Assembly: GCA_026770705.1 (NCBI GenBank)
Contig: JANJGN010000036.1
Span: 1,798,001 to 1,862,000 of the forward strand
Source of the DNA: Isurus oxyrinchus
Taxonomy: Eukaryota
Length of the DNA: 64,000 nt
Reading direction: 5' to 3'
In this document: positions 1-14,260 of the stretch, piece after piece
How positions within the stretch are numbered: position 1 is the stretch's first letter
How the letters are laid out: each line of letters opens with the position of its first letter
Made by a program: the position numbers and the translations under genes
The notes under the pieces: generated by a model
What the model was told of the DNA's origin: nothing
Database searches by the model: none
Seen by the model: only the letters and a program-made list of their open reading frames with translations

Positions 1-1929
1 GGGGAAGGATGACAAAGAGAGAGAGAGAAAAACATTTAAGGAAAGCAAAACAGATGGGAGGCGTGTTGGAGGTTTGTGTGGTAGGGGAAATAGAAACAAC
101 CTTTAATGGAATGACAGCTCCCGAGGCCCTGGAATTGATTTGCTAAATGTGAAGCTGTGGAAACACTTGTTAGAATCCCTGAATAGCTTCTGTGTTGTGG
201 ACAGAGTAACGAATTGGGCTTTGAAATTTAATGTGCTTTGAGGAGGGTGAGTAATTTGAATTCAGTTCATAATATTTTCTGAAAAGCCTCGTAAAAAGTC
301 TTCCAAAGGGAACAGAGGCTTCTTCCCAGTTGGAAAGCGGGAGGTTATTCCTTTCTGGGGTGACTGGGGTTGGGGGCCGGGGAAGGCGGGAAAAACTGCA
401 TATTATTACATTGCTGCAGTGGGATCTTGCTGTGTACATGTTGCCCACAACCTTCTCTGCAGTAAAACAGTGGCGACACGGCCCAAATCTAGTTTGGAGA
501 GTTGTAATTGTGGATTCTCAGTACAAAACATGATTACAGTGTCATGCATCAACAGTTAAAATGGTAAGACAGAAAATCACAGCAAGCATTTGAAGCAAAA
601 TTCATCCCAAGTTATTGGAAAAAGAACAGAGCCACGGATGGATTTATCGAGAGCAGGGGGAAGAGAAATTTGAGCAGAGTTGTAGGGCTAGAGAGAGATG
701 GGGAGAGAAACAGCGAGGCGGGACTCTGTGCAAGAAGTGTGAGATCCATTGTCTAACATCGAATATACAACAGCACGAATCCTGGATTGATCGGGCAGAG
801 TGCGGTGGGGGCGGGGATGGGGGCGTAGTGAATGAGCGAGGGATACAAGGGAATAATCAGTGTTTGCCTGTTATACAATGAGGCAGAAAATACATCTGGA
901 GGCATCAGATTCAACGCAGAGGTAGAGGTACAGACTTTCGTGTGTAGATGGGAATGGGTCTGGGATAGGGTTCCAGTGTTTGTTGATTGTCCAGACTCTG
1001 GAGAAAGCACCCGCCCCTCCCCACCCCCCACCTTCCAACACCCCCCGACCCTTCACCCCCACAACAACACCCACCCCCCCCCCCCCCCCACCTACTCCAC
1101 ACTCACCCTCCTCCATTCCAGGGTGTGTAATGTATTATTTTTTAATGGAATACTGGGACAGTCATTTGGCATTGGCACCTTCATTTCATTTGAAATCTGT
1201 TCCCATTGTCTGCTTTCAATATCAGCACATGCGCTTTACAATGGCGTCCCCTGAGATTGATGTCAGTGAGTGAGAGGAGTCCTGGGATCTTGCTCACTCT
1301 TTTCGTTTCCATAATATGTGCTTTTGTTTGATTAATTTCCATGTTCTCTCTCTCCCCCGAGCCAAATTTATTTGGAAACTGCACTTCCTGACGAGGCAAA
1401 GAGAGAATACTTTTCCGACCAGGAATCCTCGGACAAGAGCTGTAACGAGTGGAGGAACTCTTAATAAATGTATATGTCACGTTGTCATCCATTTCTCTAT
1501 ACAGAGAAAAGGCTTATCTTTAAGGTAGTTTTTGCAATTTTCACAGTAAGACTCAGGCTCTGCGGGATGCGGTGAACTCAGAGGTAAGACCTTTGAGACT
1601 CGCTGCTGTAGAGGGAGCCCGAAGTAATTCCATAGATTTCAATCCCTCCATTTCTTCCTGTAACACTGCATCATCTTTCACGTTCATAGCTGTTTCCCCA
1701 CATCTTCAAATTTCTCCGTCTCTCCACATCATTTATGTCCCTCACTCTCTAAGAAAATTTAGACAAATCATTTTCTTAACCACTTTGGATATTTGTCCTC
1801 TCTCCCTTTCTGAACCATGTTCAGTGTCTCTCCCCACGCCCACCGCAATCCCTTCACCATCGACCCCCACGACGAACGCTATTTGTCTCATTATTTACTT
1901 GTCCATGTATCATTTTGTATTATTGCCTT

Positions 1930-2235
1930 TTTTAAAAAATCATTCACGTGATGTGCGCGTCACTGGCTAATCTGGCATTTATTGCCCATCCCTCACTGCC
2001 CCTTGAGAAAGAGGTGGTGAGCTGCCTTCTTGAACCGCTCCAGTCCCTGTGGTATTGGTACACCCACAGTGCTGTTAGGGAGGGAGTTCCAGGATTTTGA
2101 ACCAGCTACAGTGTAAGAAGGAATATTTCCAAGTCAGTGTGGTGAGTGGTTTGGAGGGGTAGTTCCAGGTGCTGGTGCTCCCACTGATCTGTTGCCCTTG
2201 TCTTTCTATGTGGTATTGGTCTTGGGTTTGGAATG
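1930..2235 (-). mobile_element. HE1-like SINE-related element
   Basis: GCATTTATTGCCCATCCCT..GCTGCCTTCTTGAACC..GGGAGTTCCAGGATTTTGA; similar copy about 48150-48430. Confidence 0.7.
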
Positions 2236-2419
2236 AATATTTAGGGCGAGGAGGATATTTTTACTGAATGTTTAAAATGATGATTTTCCAACAGAGACTG
2301 AATAATGATGCGAATATCATTTTACACAGAAGATCAGAGATAGGCTGACAGCGGTGGGGTTGGAGAGGAGGACAGAATGATTAACACTTTCAGGTCAAAA
2401 GGAGAGGAGATCATTCAAA

Positions 2420-2830
2420 TTTGGATCTGTTCACATGAAAGGGGCGAATCAGGCAGTGTTCTATTGAGGGAGCGGGGGAATCAGACAGGGATCTACTCAC
2501 GGGGTGGTGGGGTGGTGGGGAGGGATTGATGCATGATCTGTTCACAGGTATGAAGTGAATCAGGTAGTGATCAATTCACAGCGTGAGGAATGAAGGCAGG
2601 GATTTGTTCACAGAATGGTGGCAAATCATACAGTGGCCTATACACAAGATGTGACAATCATACAGAGACCTGTTCACCTGGGGCGGGGGTGAATCAGACA
2701 AGGACCTGTTCACGGGGGCGGAGATCAAGACAGGGGTTCAGCTCACAGGGAGCATGATATCAAATAGGGATCGGTTCACAGGGTGGTGGGAAATCAGGTA
2801 GTTTTCTGTTCATATGGATGGGGAATTATC
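2420..2830 (+). repeat. Degenerate roughly 35-45-bp minisatellite
   Basis: Recurring GAATCAGrCAGGGATCTGTTCAC-like units. Confidence 0.7.
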
Positions 2831-2944
2831 CGCGAGAAACTTCGGCGGGAAGATCATCCAGGGGATGTTTTAGGTGGGGGTTAATTATCTAGGGTGCAGT
2901 TATGGCGGGGGTAATGTAGAAATATCCAGGGGACAGATTGCTTG

Positions 2945-3625
2945 GTATGGAGGCAGACACAAGGTATGTAAGCAGTACGTCTCAAAAAGTGCTGGATGAT
3001 ATCAGATTGAAAGTCCCTTCTGCAGTTCACAGCGGGCAAGGTACAAATCAGACACAACCAGCCCGCTCTTTCGAAATTCAAAACACAGTGCCCAAAGTTT
3101 GACGTGACCCTGCGATTGGACAATGTTTGCTAAATAATCCTCAGCGTGCAAAATATTACACTGATAACCAATTTAAGATTAGCAGTCCTGCTCGTAATGA
3201 GGCACGTGTTTGTGTACTGGAAGCTGCATACATTTATACACAGGAACCCTTGCAGACAGAAAGAACAAACACCCACATTACGCCTGTTTCAGCTGAACAA
3301 AATAAGTGTTTTATTCGCTGTTTTATTCCTCAGTGCAGTACCTTGACCAATCAGAGTCAAGCTGCCTGTTTTAAATTTAGAACTATGTTTGACAGTTAAC
3401 TTTCAGTCACCATCACTTGTGCATCCCCCATGGCAACGCCCCTACCGACCAGAGCCCACTCGCTGACCAATCAGCACTCTTTTCTCATTATGCACAGAGT
3501 TGTTGCTTCCCCTGACATTGGTATTCTTGCGATTGTCCTGATGAGTGCAAGACTTCTACAAGAGTGGAAAACTTGAAGAAAATCTCTTTTTCCAGAGATA
3601 CTCAAATTCTGTGCTAGCAAACTAC
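2945..3625 (+). mobile_element. Penelope-like element 3' end (second family)
   Basis: LLNNPQRAKYYTDNQFKI..ARN..VLEAAYI resembles the GIY-YIG C-terminal region; CTGATGAG..GAAA motif in the tail. Confidence 0.7.
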
Positions 3626-5570
3626 TATTCACTCTCTTTCAGTACAGCATGTGGTGCTCTACGGTACTTCAATAAACTGGCAGCTTGATTAGGTTTACAG
3701 TTCTCATTTCATATCAAACATTTTCTGCTGCTTTGTGTGACAGAGGTCAGATTGACAGCGCAGAACATTATCAGGAGGGCACCTGGATAGGTCGCCAGGT
3801 AATAAACAAGTGTCAGATCTACTCAGCTTGCACCTTTGAAGAAAATGGTTTTTGACTTTTAGTTTTGCATTTATTTTCTCACCTCCCTAATTCCCACTGA
3901 AACCATGATGTCTGCTCACAGCTAAGATATGTAAGGACGATCTTTGTATCGCACTAACTCACCTGTCTTCTATTGATTCACTGGGGTATTCAAATTAAAC
4001 ATGAACTGCAAACATAACAGGTCACTTCAAAATGCAGAACAAGCTTTCGAAGGATGACAACGGCAATTCATCTTATGCTGCTTCCATTACCAAGAGCAAT
4101 TCACACCCAGGTGGGTCACGGTGGTCGGATGGACTATACAAATCACAATTTCTTGGACCCTAGGCACCCGGCTTAAATATGCAGAACCAGCAAAGAACTG
4201 GAGGACAGACACTTACTTTAAATGTATTTATTCTTTCACAGGATGTGGGCATCGCTGGCTGGGTCAGCACTTATTTCCCATCCCTAATTCATTCTGCTGG
4301 GTTCTGTCATAATCACAGACTCAAACATACAGACACAGACACACACTCACACTCTTTCACTCTCACACGCATGCAAACAGACGACCATGCTCTCAGAAAT
4401 ACACACTCTCTCACAAACATACACGCTTACACAGTCACGCTCTCTCTCTCTCTCACACATATGTTCTCTCACACACACTTCCTGTCAAAAACTCGATTAC
4501 ACCCATACACTCTCTAACACACACTCTCTCACACACACAAACACATGCACTCTCTGACACACAAGTTCTCTCACGCACACGTCCTGTCACAAATTACACA
4601 CATACCTCTCTCTCTCACACACACACTCTCACACACACACACATCCGCCCTCTCATGCACATGCACTCCCACACGTTCTCACAGGGAAACATTCTCACAC
4701 AGACACTTGTACAACATCTAGGGTCACAGTGATAGTGGCCATTATTCTGCTTTTTATCCTCCTCTCCAGCCTCTTTCTATTTCCATTCAACTCATTGGAA
4801 TTGTATCGAACAGTAGGAACCCGTAAGCATTTGAAAAATGTTTTCAGATGACTCAGCCATTCTGACAATTGGAATCCTTCTTTAATCTGTCCAGTCGAGA
4901 TTTTGGTTCACAGACTTTCGCCAGCGAAGATCAAGTTGTGTTTCCTCCTTGATCTGAAATGGTGCATCTTATGAATTCACAACCTAGATAATCAAGCTCA
5001 CAAACAATCGATAATACTTTACTGACTTTATTAACTGCGATAATACAGACTAAACCAAATAGCAAATATTGAATGAATTCATCAAAGACCTTTTAGATAT
5101 AAAGTTGGGGATAATTGGTAAAGTATGTAATAGGAGCAGTGGCTTCCATAGTTTAAGTTTCTCAAAGCATTTCTAACAACAATCAAGTTAGCAAGACCAT
5201 TGCAATGAAAGGAAGGGCTGGTGCTAATTTCCAGGGGAATTGAACTGAAAAGCAGGAGAACCTGATGAAACGTAAATGTAACCTTGCTTATGGCACACAC
5301 AGCCTACTGTTGGCAACATGTAATTATGGCATTTAAGGAAAGGAATAGGAAGGTTTACAATCAACTTTGGGAGATTCGGAGGCGCAGAGGTCAGAGTTAA
5401 AGTATTAAAAGAAGCTGAGAGGAAAAGGGAGGGAAATTTCAAATGCATAGTGCAGTTTCGTGCACTATCCCCGAAGCAACCTTCAAAATAAATATCCCGC
5501 AGAGGACGTCTTGCATCATATACCAAAAATGAAGTTTTTGTATATTATTCCAACAGCTGAATAAATTCAG

Positions 5571-7423
5571 CTCTTTTGTATCCTGTCGGATCGTCTCGCC
5601 TCTGTTAGATTGGGGCCAACTGTGTATTAATGGTTTAGGTATAAACTGAAACTTTATGCCAGTCTGGATAATCTATAATCAATTACAGAAACACTGCATG
5701 ATAAATATTCAAATGTTCCCCAATAAGTCAATGTTCCACCAACATTGCACTGTTTCCACAACATGAAGATGGATGGGCATGGACAATGTGCACGATACGA
5801 CCGCCTTCCTTCTCCCACCCCTGCAATGGCCATTTCTATTTGTTCACCTGATATAATTTTGCCAATGTTAGACTCATTGGGCGGTTACAGCACAGAAGAG
5901 CCAATTCAGCCTTTTGTGTCCATGTTGGGTCTCTGAAGGAGGAAATCACTTGGTCCACCCCCTCCCCATCCCCGCCATTTCCCCATAGCCCTGGAAATTA
6001 TTTTTCTTTCTATTTTCTCATAATTATCCAGTTTCCTCATTCAGGACCCTTCCACCAATGGCAACAGTTTATCCCTATCCACTGCCTTCAGACACTTCTT
6101 GATTTTTAATATCCCTATCAAATCTCCTCTCAACCTTCTCTCCTCCCAGGGAAAAAAGGTGCCAATTTCCCCACACTAACTTTGGAACTGAATTTCCGTA
6201 TCCTTGGAAACATTCTCGAAAATCTTGTCTGCAGCCTCTCGACAGCCGTCACTCCTTTCCCAACGTGTGGCGCCTAGAACTGGGCACACTACTCCGGCCG
6301 AGGCCGAAATCAATCTTTGTATGCAGCTTTCGTATAAATTTGTGCTTTTGTACTTTGTGCCCGTGTTAATAAAATCCAGAATCCCCTGCGCTTTATCTAC
6401 TGCTCCATCAACCTATTCCGTCATATTAAATGATTTGAACACGTGTACAACCAGATGACCCTGTTCCTGAACCGCTTTTAGAATCGCAAGCTTTATTTAA
6501 TATTGCCTCACCTCTTTTTTCCTAAAAAAAACGGATCACTTCACACTTCTGTGTATTAAGTTTAATCTGCCGCCTGTCAGCCCATTCCACCATCCTGTCT
6601 GTGTTCACTTGAAGTCGATCACTTCCACGTTTTGTATCAATCGCTAATTTTGAATCTGTACCCTGTACACCATTGTCTAGGACAATAATATATATTAAGA
6701 AAAGCGCGGGCCCTCAAAACCAAGTCGTGGGGAACCCCAATCCATATTTCCCTGCAGTCTCCATTAATAACCAATAATTGACCGTTTTATGGGGCTAACA
6801 GACCGGAGAGTGGTTTCACAAAATATTGATGGCGGGAAATGCACTTCTTAATCTCATGAATTTCCTGAATTTGATTTTTAATTGGCACAAAAATGTCTAT
6901 CAATCTGACCTGTTTGACTCTCAATCCGCACTGCACTTGACCCTCTCTCTCTCTCTCTCGAACTGGATTCGAACAAAAATATCAATGAAGTATTTGGTCT
7001 TCTAATACCTGGCTGATGTGACAGAAAAAATCTGATGCAGAAAATCGTCGATCCGTCTTAGATTCAAACTTGAGAGATCATAGAGCATGTCAGCGTATTT
7101 CATTGGAGTTAATGTTGGGGTTGGACTGGGTTACACCAAGTATTAAATATAGAGAGGGTGTTCGGTTTAAACATTTCAAATGGCCCAGTTACTCACTTTT
7201 CATTGTGGGATATTTGCCTCGTTCTCCTGAGAGTAGAATCTGTAAGTAGCAAGTTGAAACAGCGAGAAGGGACATTGGACAACCAGTTGTGAAAATGCCC
7301 CTGGTAAACATCCATCCTGACCTGATCTGCCGGTTCTTCGTGTCCCAATTAAAATGAGATTCAAGAGCAGAACTGGGATCGCCGCCACCATTCTCACAAC
7401 ATTACGATTTGGAATTCACCATC
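5571..7423 (-). pseudogene. D' : 3' remnant of a second subfamily-2 gene (TM and cytoplasmic exons)
   Basis: 102-nt TM exon 7423-7322 (GW*IPN..VAAIPVLLLNLILIGTRRTGRS) matches the D TM exon in length and flanks; 7239-7193 matches 45741-45694; 5619-5571 matches 44983-44934. Confidence 0.75.
5870..6760 (-). mobile_element. CR1-type LINE fragment
   Basis: Reverse-strand CR1 RT C-terminal and 3' UTR-like sequence. Confidence 0.65.
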
Positions 7424-7445
7424 CTGCAGAGACAAAACAATTAGC

Positions 7446-7675
7446 AACTGCGCCAAAACCTGGAAAAGCTCAGCACGCCTGACAGCATCTGCGGAGAGCG
7501 ATACAGTTGACGTTTCGGGACAGTATGAACCTTTATCACAACTAAAACATACAGAAATGAGATGAAATATAAGCTGGTAGAAGGGGGTGGGATAGGAGAG
7601 CTCGACAGGGGGCCAGTGATAGGCGGAGGCCCAGAAGGGACTGCCAAACATGTCAAAGGCAAAAGGACAAAGGGC
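7446..7675 (-). mobile_element. Penelope terminal fragment at a deletion junction
   Basis: CCTGGAAAAGCTCAGC..GTTGACGTTTCG, homologous to 8410-8640. Confidence 0.8.
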
Positions 7676-8396
7676 TGTTCTCCCTATTTCTAACCTAGTT
7701 AAATGGTGACTTTTGGGACATTCATCTATCTTCCTATCTCTGGACCTCTCTCTGTCCCTTCCTTATTCTCTCTTTCTCACTCAGTCTCTAACGAACGCTA
7801 TCTCTATCCTTTTCGATCCAGTTAAACACTTCTGTATAAGTCTTATTCTCTTTCTATCACAGTCCCTTCATCTCCCTATCTCTATCTGTATATCGATCTA
7901 ACCATCTCTCCATCCATCTCCCCATCCATCTCTATGATCCGCTTCTCCCACTCTCCTAAATCTCCCGCTCTCGCTCTCCCCTCTCTCCCCATCTCTCCCT
8001 CTTCCCCACTCTCTCCTTCTCTCCCCCTGTCCCTCTCTCCCCATTTCTCCCTCTCCCTCTCACGTACTTACCCTCTCTCCTCTATCTCCATCTCTCTCTC
8101 TCCCCTGCTCCCTCCCCATCTCTCTCTCTCTCTGTCGTTCCCTCCTTCCCCATCTCTCCGTCTCCTCCCCTCTCTGACTCTCCCTCTCTTCGCATCTCTC
8201 CTATCTCCCTCTTTGACCGTCTTTCCTCTGCTTCCCCTCCCGCCCACTCTCACCTCTCTCCCCCTCTTCAACTGTTTCTCACTGTATTTCTATCATGGTT
8301 AAACAGTTTTCTCTAAGTGATCTGCTCTGTCGATCACTCTCTATCCATCTATCTCTGTCTGAAGATTTATTTGCTGGTAAAACAGTGTTCTATATA

Positions 8397-10730
8397 CCTC
8401 TAAAAAACAGAATTACGTGGAAATACTCAGTAGGTCTGGCAGCATCGGCAGAGAAGGAAAGAGTTGACGTTTCGAGTCCTCATGAACCTTTAACAGAACT
8501 GAATGTATATTAGGAGAGGGGTGAAATATCAGCTGTTTTAAGGTGGGGTGGGGGTCTGGGGAGAGAAGTGGGAGGGGTGGTGTGGTTCTGGGGACAAGCA
8601 AGCAGTGATAGGTGCAGTTAATCACAAGATGTCACAGAAAAAACAACAAAGAAGTGTTGAAGGTGGTGATATTATCTAAATGAATGTGCTAATTAAGAAT
8701 GGATGCTAGGGCACTCAACGTACAGCTCAACTGGCGGTGGGGTGGAAAGACTAGCAGGGCATAAAAGATATAAAAATAATGGAAAAAGCGGGAAAAGAAA
8801 AATCTATATAAATTATTGGAAAAAGCAAAAGGAACGGGGAAGAAACGGAAAGGGGGTGGGGATGGAGGAGCGAGTTCAAGACCTAACGTCGTTGAAATCA
8901 ATATTTAGTCCAGAAGGCTGCAAAGTGGCTAGTCAGAAAATGAGGTGCTGTTCCTCCAGTTTGCGCTGGGCTTCACTGGAACAATGCAGCAGGCCAAGGA
9001 TGGACATGTGGGCAAGAGAGCAGGATGGAGTGCTAAAATGGCAAGCGACATGGAGGTTTGGGTCTTTCTCGCAGACAGACCACAGGTGTTCTGCAAAGCG
9101 GTCGCCCTGTTTACGTTTGGTGTCTCCAATGTAGAGGAGACCCCATTGGGAGCAACGAAAGCAGGAGACTAAGTTGGGGAAAATGCAAGTGAAATGCTGC
9201 TTCACTTGAAAGGAGTGTTTGGACTCTTGGACGGTGAGGAGAGAGGAAGTGAAGGGGCAGGTGTTGCATCTTTTGCGTGGGCATGGGCAGGTGCCATAGG
9301 TGGGGGTTGAGGAGTAGGGGGTGATGGAGGAGTGGACCAGGGTGTCCCAGAGGGAACAATCCTTACAGAATGCTGCCGGGGAGGTGAAGGGGAGCTATGT
9401 TTGGTGGTGCCATCATGCTGGAGTTGGTGGAAATGGGAGAGGATGATCCTTTGAATGCAGAGACTGGTGGGGTGATAAGTGAGGACAAGTGGGACCCTAT
9501 CATGTTTCTTGGAGGGAGGAGAAAGCATAAGGGTGGATGTGCGGGAGATGGTCTGGACACGGTTGACGGCTCTGCCAACAACCGTGGATGGAAAACCTCG
9601 GTTAGGGAAGAAGGAGGACATGTCAGAGGAACTGTTTTTGAAGGTAGCCTCATCAGAACAGATGTGACGGAGGTGAAGGAACTGAGAGAATGGGATGGAG
9701 TCCTTACAGGAAGCTGGGTGCGAGGAGCTGTAGTCGAGGTAGCTGTGGGGGTCGGTAGTCTTGTAATGGATATTGGTGGACAGTCTATCACCAGAAATTG
9801 AGACAGAGAGGTCAAGGAAGGGAAGGGAAGTGTCAGAGATGGACCACGTGAAAATGATAGAGGGATGGAGATTGGAAGCAAAATTTAAAAAGTAACCATC
9901 GATGTACCAGAGAAAGAGTTGTGGGAGGGGGCCGGAGTCGGACTGGAACAAGGAATGTTCCATATACCCCATAAAGAGAGAGGCATAGCTGGTGCTCATG
10001 CGGGTACCCATAGCCACACCTTTTATTTGGAGGAAGTGAGAGGAGTTGAAGGAGAAATTGTTCAGTGTGAGAACAAGTTCAGCCAGGTGGAGGAGAGTAG
10101 TGGTGGATGGGGATTGTTTGGGCCTCTGTTCGAGGAAGAAGTTAAGGGCCCTCAGATCATCCTGGTGGGGGATGGGGGTGTAAAGGAATTGGAAGTCATT
10201 GGTGAAGAGGAAGCGGTTGGGGCCAGGGAACTGGAAATTGTTGATGCGACGTAAGGTGTCAGAGGATTCACAGATATAGGTGGGAAGGGACTGGGCAAGG
10301 GGAGAGAAATGGGATTCAAGATAACAAGAAATGAGTTCCGTGGAACAGGAACAGTCTACCAGGACAGTCCTGTTTGTGGATTTTGGGTAGGAGGTAGAAG
10401 CAGGCCGTCCTAGGTTGTGCGGCTATCAGGTTGGAAGCTCTGGGAGGACGATCTCCAGAGGAGGTGAGGTCAGTGACAGTCCTGGAAACAATGGCTTGAT
10501 GTTCGGTGGTGGGGTCATGGTCCAGGGAGAGGTAGGAGGAAGTGTCTGTGAGTTGACGCTCAGCCTCCACGAGGTAGAGGTCAGTGCGCCAGACAACAGC
10601 AGCATCACCCTTGTCAGCGGGATGGTGACAATGCTGGAGTTGGAGCTGAGAGAACGGAGTGCAGTAAGTTCAGAGAGAGAGAGATTAGTATGGCTGAGAG
10701 GAGCAGAGAAATTGAGATGACTCATGTCAT
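8397..10730 (-). mobile_element. Degraded Penelope-like retroelement (RT plus GIY-YIG endonuclease)
   Basis: Fragments EAERQL.D..YLSLDHDPT..FYLLPKIHK, AMGTRMS.SYA.LFMGY, CSQ.GLLYIGDTKR..DRFAEHL; frameshifted. Confidence 0.9.
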
Positions 10731-11014
10731 GACGAGCCGTAAAATTAAAGCTATGTCGATCAGGAGTGATGTCAGGAAGCAATTCGTCACACAAAGGCGA
10801 CTGTAAATTTGGAGCTCTCTCCCTTCAAAAGCTGTTGAGGCTGCGGGATCAATTGGAAATATTGAAACTGAGATTGATGAAGTTTTATTGGGTATGGAGA
10901 TTAAGGATTATAAAACCAAGGTGGGCAGATGGAAGTTATTATACAGGCCCGCCGTGATCTGATTGAATAGACTGGAGGGTATAAATGGCCTCCTCCTATC
11001 CCTATGATGATGTT

Positions 11015-12050
11015 AAAAGCAAAATGCTGTGGATGCAGGAAATCTGAAACAAAAACATAAATAGCTGGAAAAACCGAGCAATTCTGACAGCATTGGGGGA
11101 GAAGAACACAGAGTTAACATTTCGAGTCTGAATGACTCTCCATCGGAACCTAGCAATATCGAAATGTGGTAAAATATAAGCCGGTTGTGGGGGTGGGTGT
11201 GGGACAGGTAGAGCTGGATAGAGGGCCAGTGATAGGTCGAGGCAAAGAAGAGGTTGCCAAATATGTCATAGACAAAATGGAAAGGCGGAGTTGACGGTGA
11301 TGATATTATCCAAGGGATGTGCTAATGGTAACATTAAGAGTAGAAAGCAGGACAAAAAATGGCAGATGGACCTAGTGAGGGTGAGGTGCGGGAAAGGCAT
11401 CGGAATGGGTTAAAAGGTGGAGATAAAGTGGTAGATCGCCATAAATTTAATAATAGGCGGAAAAAGGAAAATATATTTTAAAAAATAAATTTGGAAAAGG
11501 GGGTCAGAAAGGGGGTAGGGATGGAGGAGAGAGTTCATGATATGCTGATGTTGACGTAAATGTTAAGTCTGGGTGGCTGTAGAGTGCATAGTCAGAAGAT
11601 GAGATGTTGTTCCTCCAGTTAGCGTTGAGCTTCACTGGAACATTGCAGCAGGCCAAAGACGGGCATGTGGGCTTGAGAGCAGGGTGGTGTGTTGAAATGG
11701 CAAGCGACAGGGAGGTCTGGATCATGCTTTTGAGCAGACCGAAGGTATTCTGCAAAGCGGTCAGCCAGTCTGCTTTTGGTCTCTCCATTGTAGAGGAGAC
11801 CACACTGGGAGCAGAGAATGCAGTAGAATAAATTGAGACAAGCGCTTCACTTGTAGGGAGTGTGTGGGCCCTTGGACGGTGAGGAGGGGGCAAGTAAAGG
11901 GGTAGGTGGAACACCTTCTGCGGTTGCATGGGAAGGTACCGCGGGAGGGGGTTGAGGTAAAGCTGGTGATAGAAGAGTGGACCAGGGTGTCCGGGAGGGA
12001 ACAATCCCTGCAGAATACGGCCATGGTGGGGTGAAGTGAAGATGCATTTC
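11015..12050 (-). mobile_element. Penelope-like element, 3' part (GIY-YIG and terminal region)
   Basis: Colinear with 8397-9400. Confidence 0.85.
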
Positions 12051-12158
12051 AAATGGGTTCTATGAAACTTGAAGAGAAGGTAGAGCAATCTCAAGTGTGG
12101 GACATATGGCGATGTTGCCTAGCAATCAGGGTCCAGGAAGGAAGGCTCACGCACACAT

Positions 12159-12164
<6 letters not shown>

Positions 12165-12213
<49 letters not shown>
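12165..12213 (+). repeat. (CA)n microsatellite
   Basis: Direct reading. Confidence 0.95.
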
Positions 12214-12218
<5 letters not shown>

Positions 12219-12964
12219 AAAAAGAGTCAGTTTGTGCTCACTGGAAAGCAACTGCCAGAGAGAGGCTGGAAAGAGCAGGGCTACCAATACCAAGTCCCAA
12301 ACTGAAGTCGAAGCCAAGACTCCAGATAAGGAGTCAACTGGGTGAAGGGACTGCAGAGAGCAAAGTAAATGAAAGTTCTCAAAGCCAAGGAGTGAGACCG
12401 AAACGGTACAAAGTCCCAAGAATGCTTTCCAGGCAAATGAACGACGGGAACCTGGTGTGGAATCGATTGGATATGTAGATATGCTCATTTTGCCATGCAA
12501 TCTACCTGGGGAGTCACAGGAAGAAAGTTCTGTTCACGCTGCATCTAAACCTCAGCTCCTCACGGACAAAAAGGGCAGCTGCCAGTGAGGGAGAAACACC
12601 ATCAGACACCCACTGTGCTGCCACCGGAGAAGGTGGTTAATGAACTGAATGACCCAATTCACATCCAAGTTTGATTATTCTTAAAATGAATCATTAATCT
12701 GCTCGGAGACTAGTTGAGAGGAAATGGTCCATGAGCCCTTCAGAGACAAAATTAAAATGGTTTGAAATTTATAATGACGAATTCAAATACTTTAAAGATG
12801 GATTTGTAGACGTTTGCTGATTATCAAACTCTGACACTGTTCACTGGTAGGATTTATTCTTCAGGATAAATCAGACAGAAGATTTTATAAAGATGTTGCC
12901 CAAAATATTGTCTTCAATTTTAGTCGTGGATTATTCGATGAATGCACTTGTTTTACCGACATTC

Positions 12965-14260
12965 CGCAGTCTAACCTCAGCAGTGGGGAAACTATTGGAA
13001 GCAAACCTGAGGGACAGAATTGATCTACACTTGGAGAGGCAGGGGTTAATCAAGCACAGGCAGCATGGTTGTATGAAGGGGAGGTCATGTCTGACCAATT
13101 TGATTGAAGTTTTCGAGGAGGTGACCAGGTTTGTAGATGCGGGAAATCTATCTGATGTAGTCTACTTGGACTTCAGCAATGCTTTTGATAAATTGGATCC
13201 ACAATTGACTGAGTGGCAGGAAGCAGTGTGTGATGGTCGAATGGTTTTTTAGTGACTGGATGCCTGTGTCAAGTGGGATTCCAAAGGGATCGGTATTGGG
13301 TTCTTTGCTATTTGTAAACGGTTCAGACTTGAATGTAGGTGGGTTGATCAGTAAGTTCGCGGATGGCACGAAAATTGGTCAGGTGGTAAACAGTGAGGAG
13401 GATAGCCACAGGTTGCAGGAGGATACAGACGGGCTGGTCAGATGGGCTGATCAGTGGAAAATGGCATTTAATCCAAATAAGTGTGACGTGATGCATTGGG
13501 GCTGGACAAGCAAGACAAGGGACTACACGATGAATGGTAGGGCCCCGGGAATAAGGAGGAGCAGAGGTGCCTTGGTGTGCATGTTCTCCTGTCCATTAAT
13601 GAATCGTATCATGTAGGTAAGGTGGTTATGAAGGCATATTGGATATTTGCCTTTGTTATCCGAGGCATAGTATATAATGGCAGGGAGTTTATGCTGGAAC
13701 AGAATAGATTGCTCGTTAAGCCACAGCTAGAGTATTGCATGCAGTTCTGGAATCCACATTAGTGCAATTGCTCTAGAGAGAGTGCTGAGGAGATATATCT
13801 GGATGTTACCTGGGCTGGAGAGTTTTAGTTATGAGGAGAGATTGGATAGACTGGGGTTATTAACTTTGGAGCAGAGATGATTGAGGGGGACATGATCGAG
13901 GTGTATAAAATTATGAGTGTCATAGAGAGAGCTGACAGGAAGGGACTTTCTCCTTTGGTGGAGGAATCAATAACTTGGGGGCATGGATATAAGCGAAGGA
14001 GCAGAAGATATAGAGGGAATGAAAGGAAGATTTTTTCACCTAGAAGGCGGTGGGGAGTTGGAACTCATTGCCTGAAAAGGGATTAGAGGCAGAAACCCTG
14101 GCATCATTTAAGAAGATTTTGGATGTGCACTTGCGATGCCTTGGTATAGAAGGCAATGGTTTAGTTCTGGAAAATGGGATTAGAATATTTTGCTACTTGT
14201 ATGAAGGGCGTATACCCGACGGGGCCAAGGGCCTTTTTCGGTGCCGTCGACCCCTATGAT
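12965..14260 (+). mobile_element. CR1/HER1-type LINE, 3' RT portion, degraded
   Basis: SLTSAVGKLLE, QHG..KGRSCLTNL, DVVYLDFS.AFDK, SGIPKGSVLG, SKFAD.TK, PQLEYC.QFW.P. Confidence 0.92.

Noticed and set aside
5430-5481. Possible LHYAxLKF ITIM remnant on the minus strand downstream of D'
   Set aside because: Needs an assumed frameshift, has no donor site and no counterpart in D.
9202-10017. 271-aa ORF as an active or domesticated reverse transcriptase
   Set aside because: The catalytic YxDD reads YIDG with an adjacent deletion, and flanking ORFs are frameshifted.
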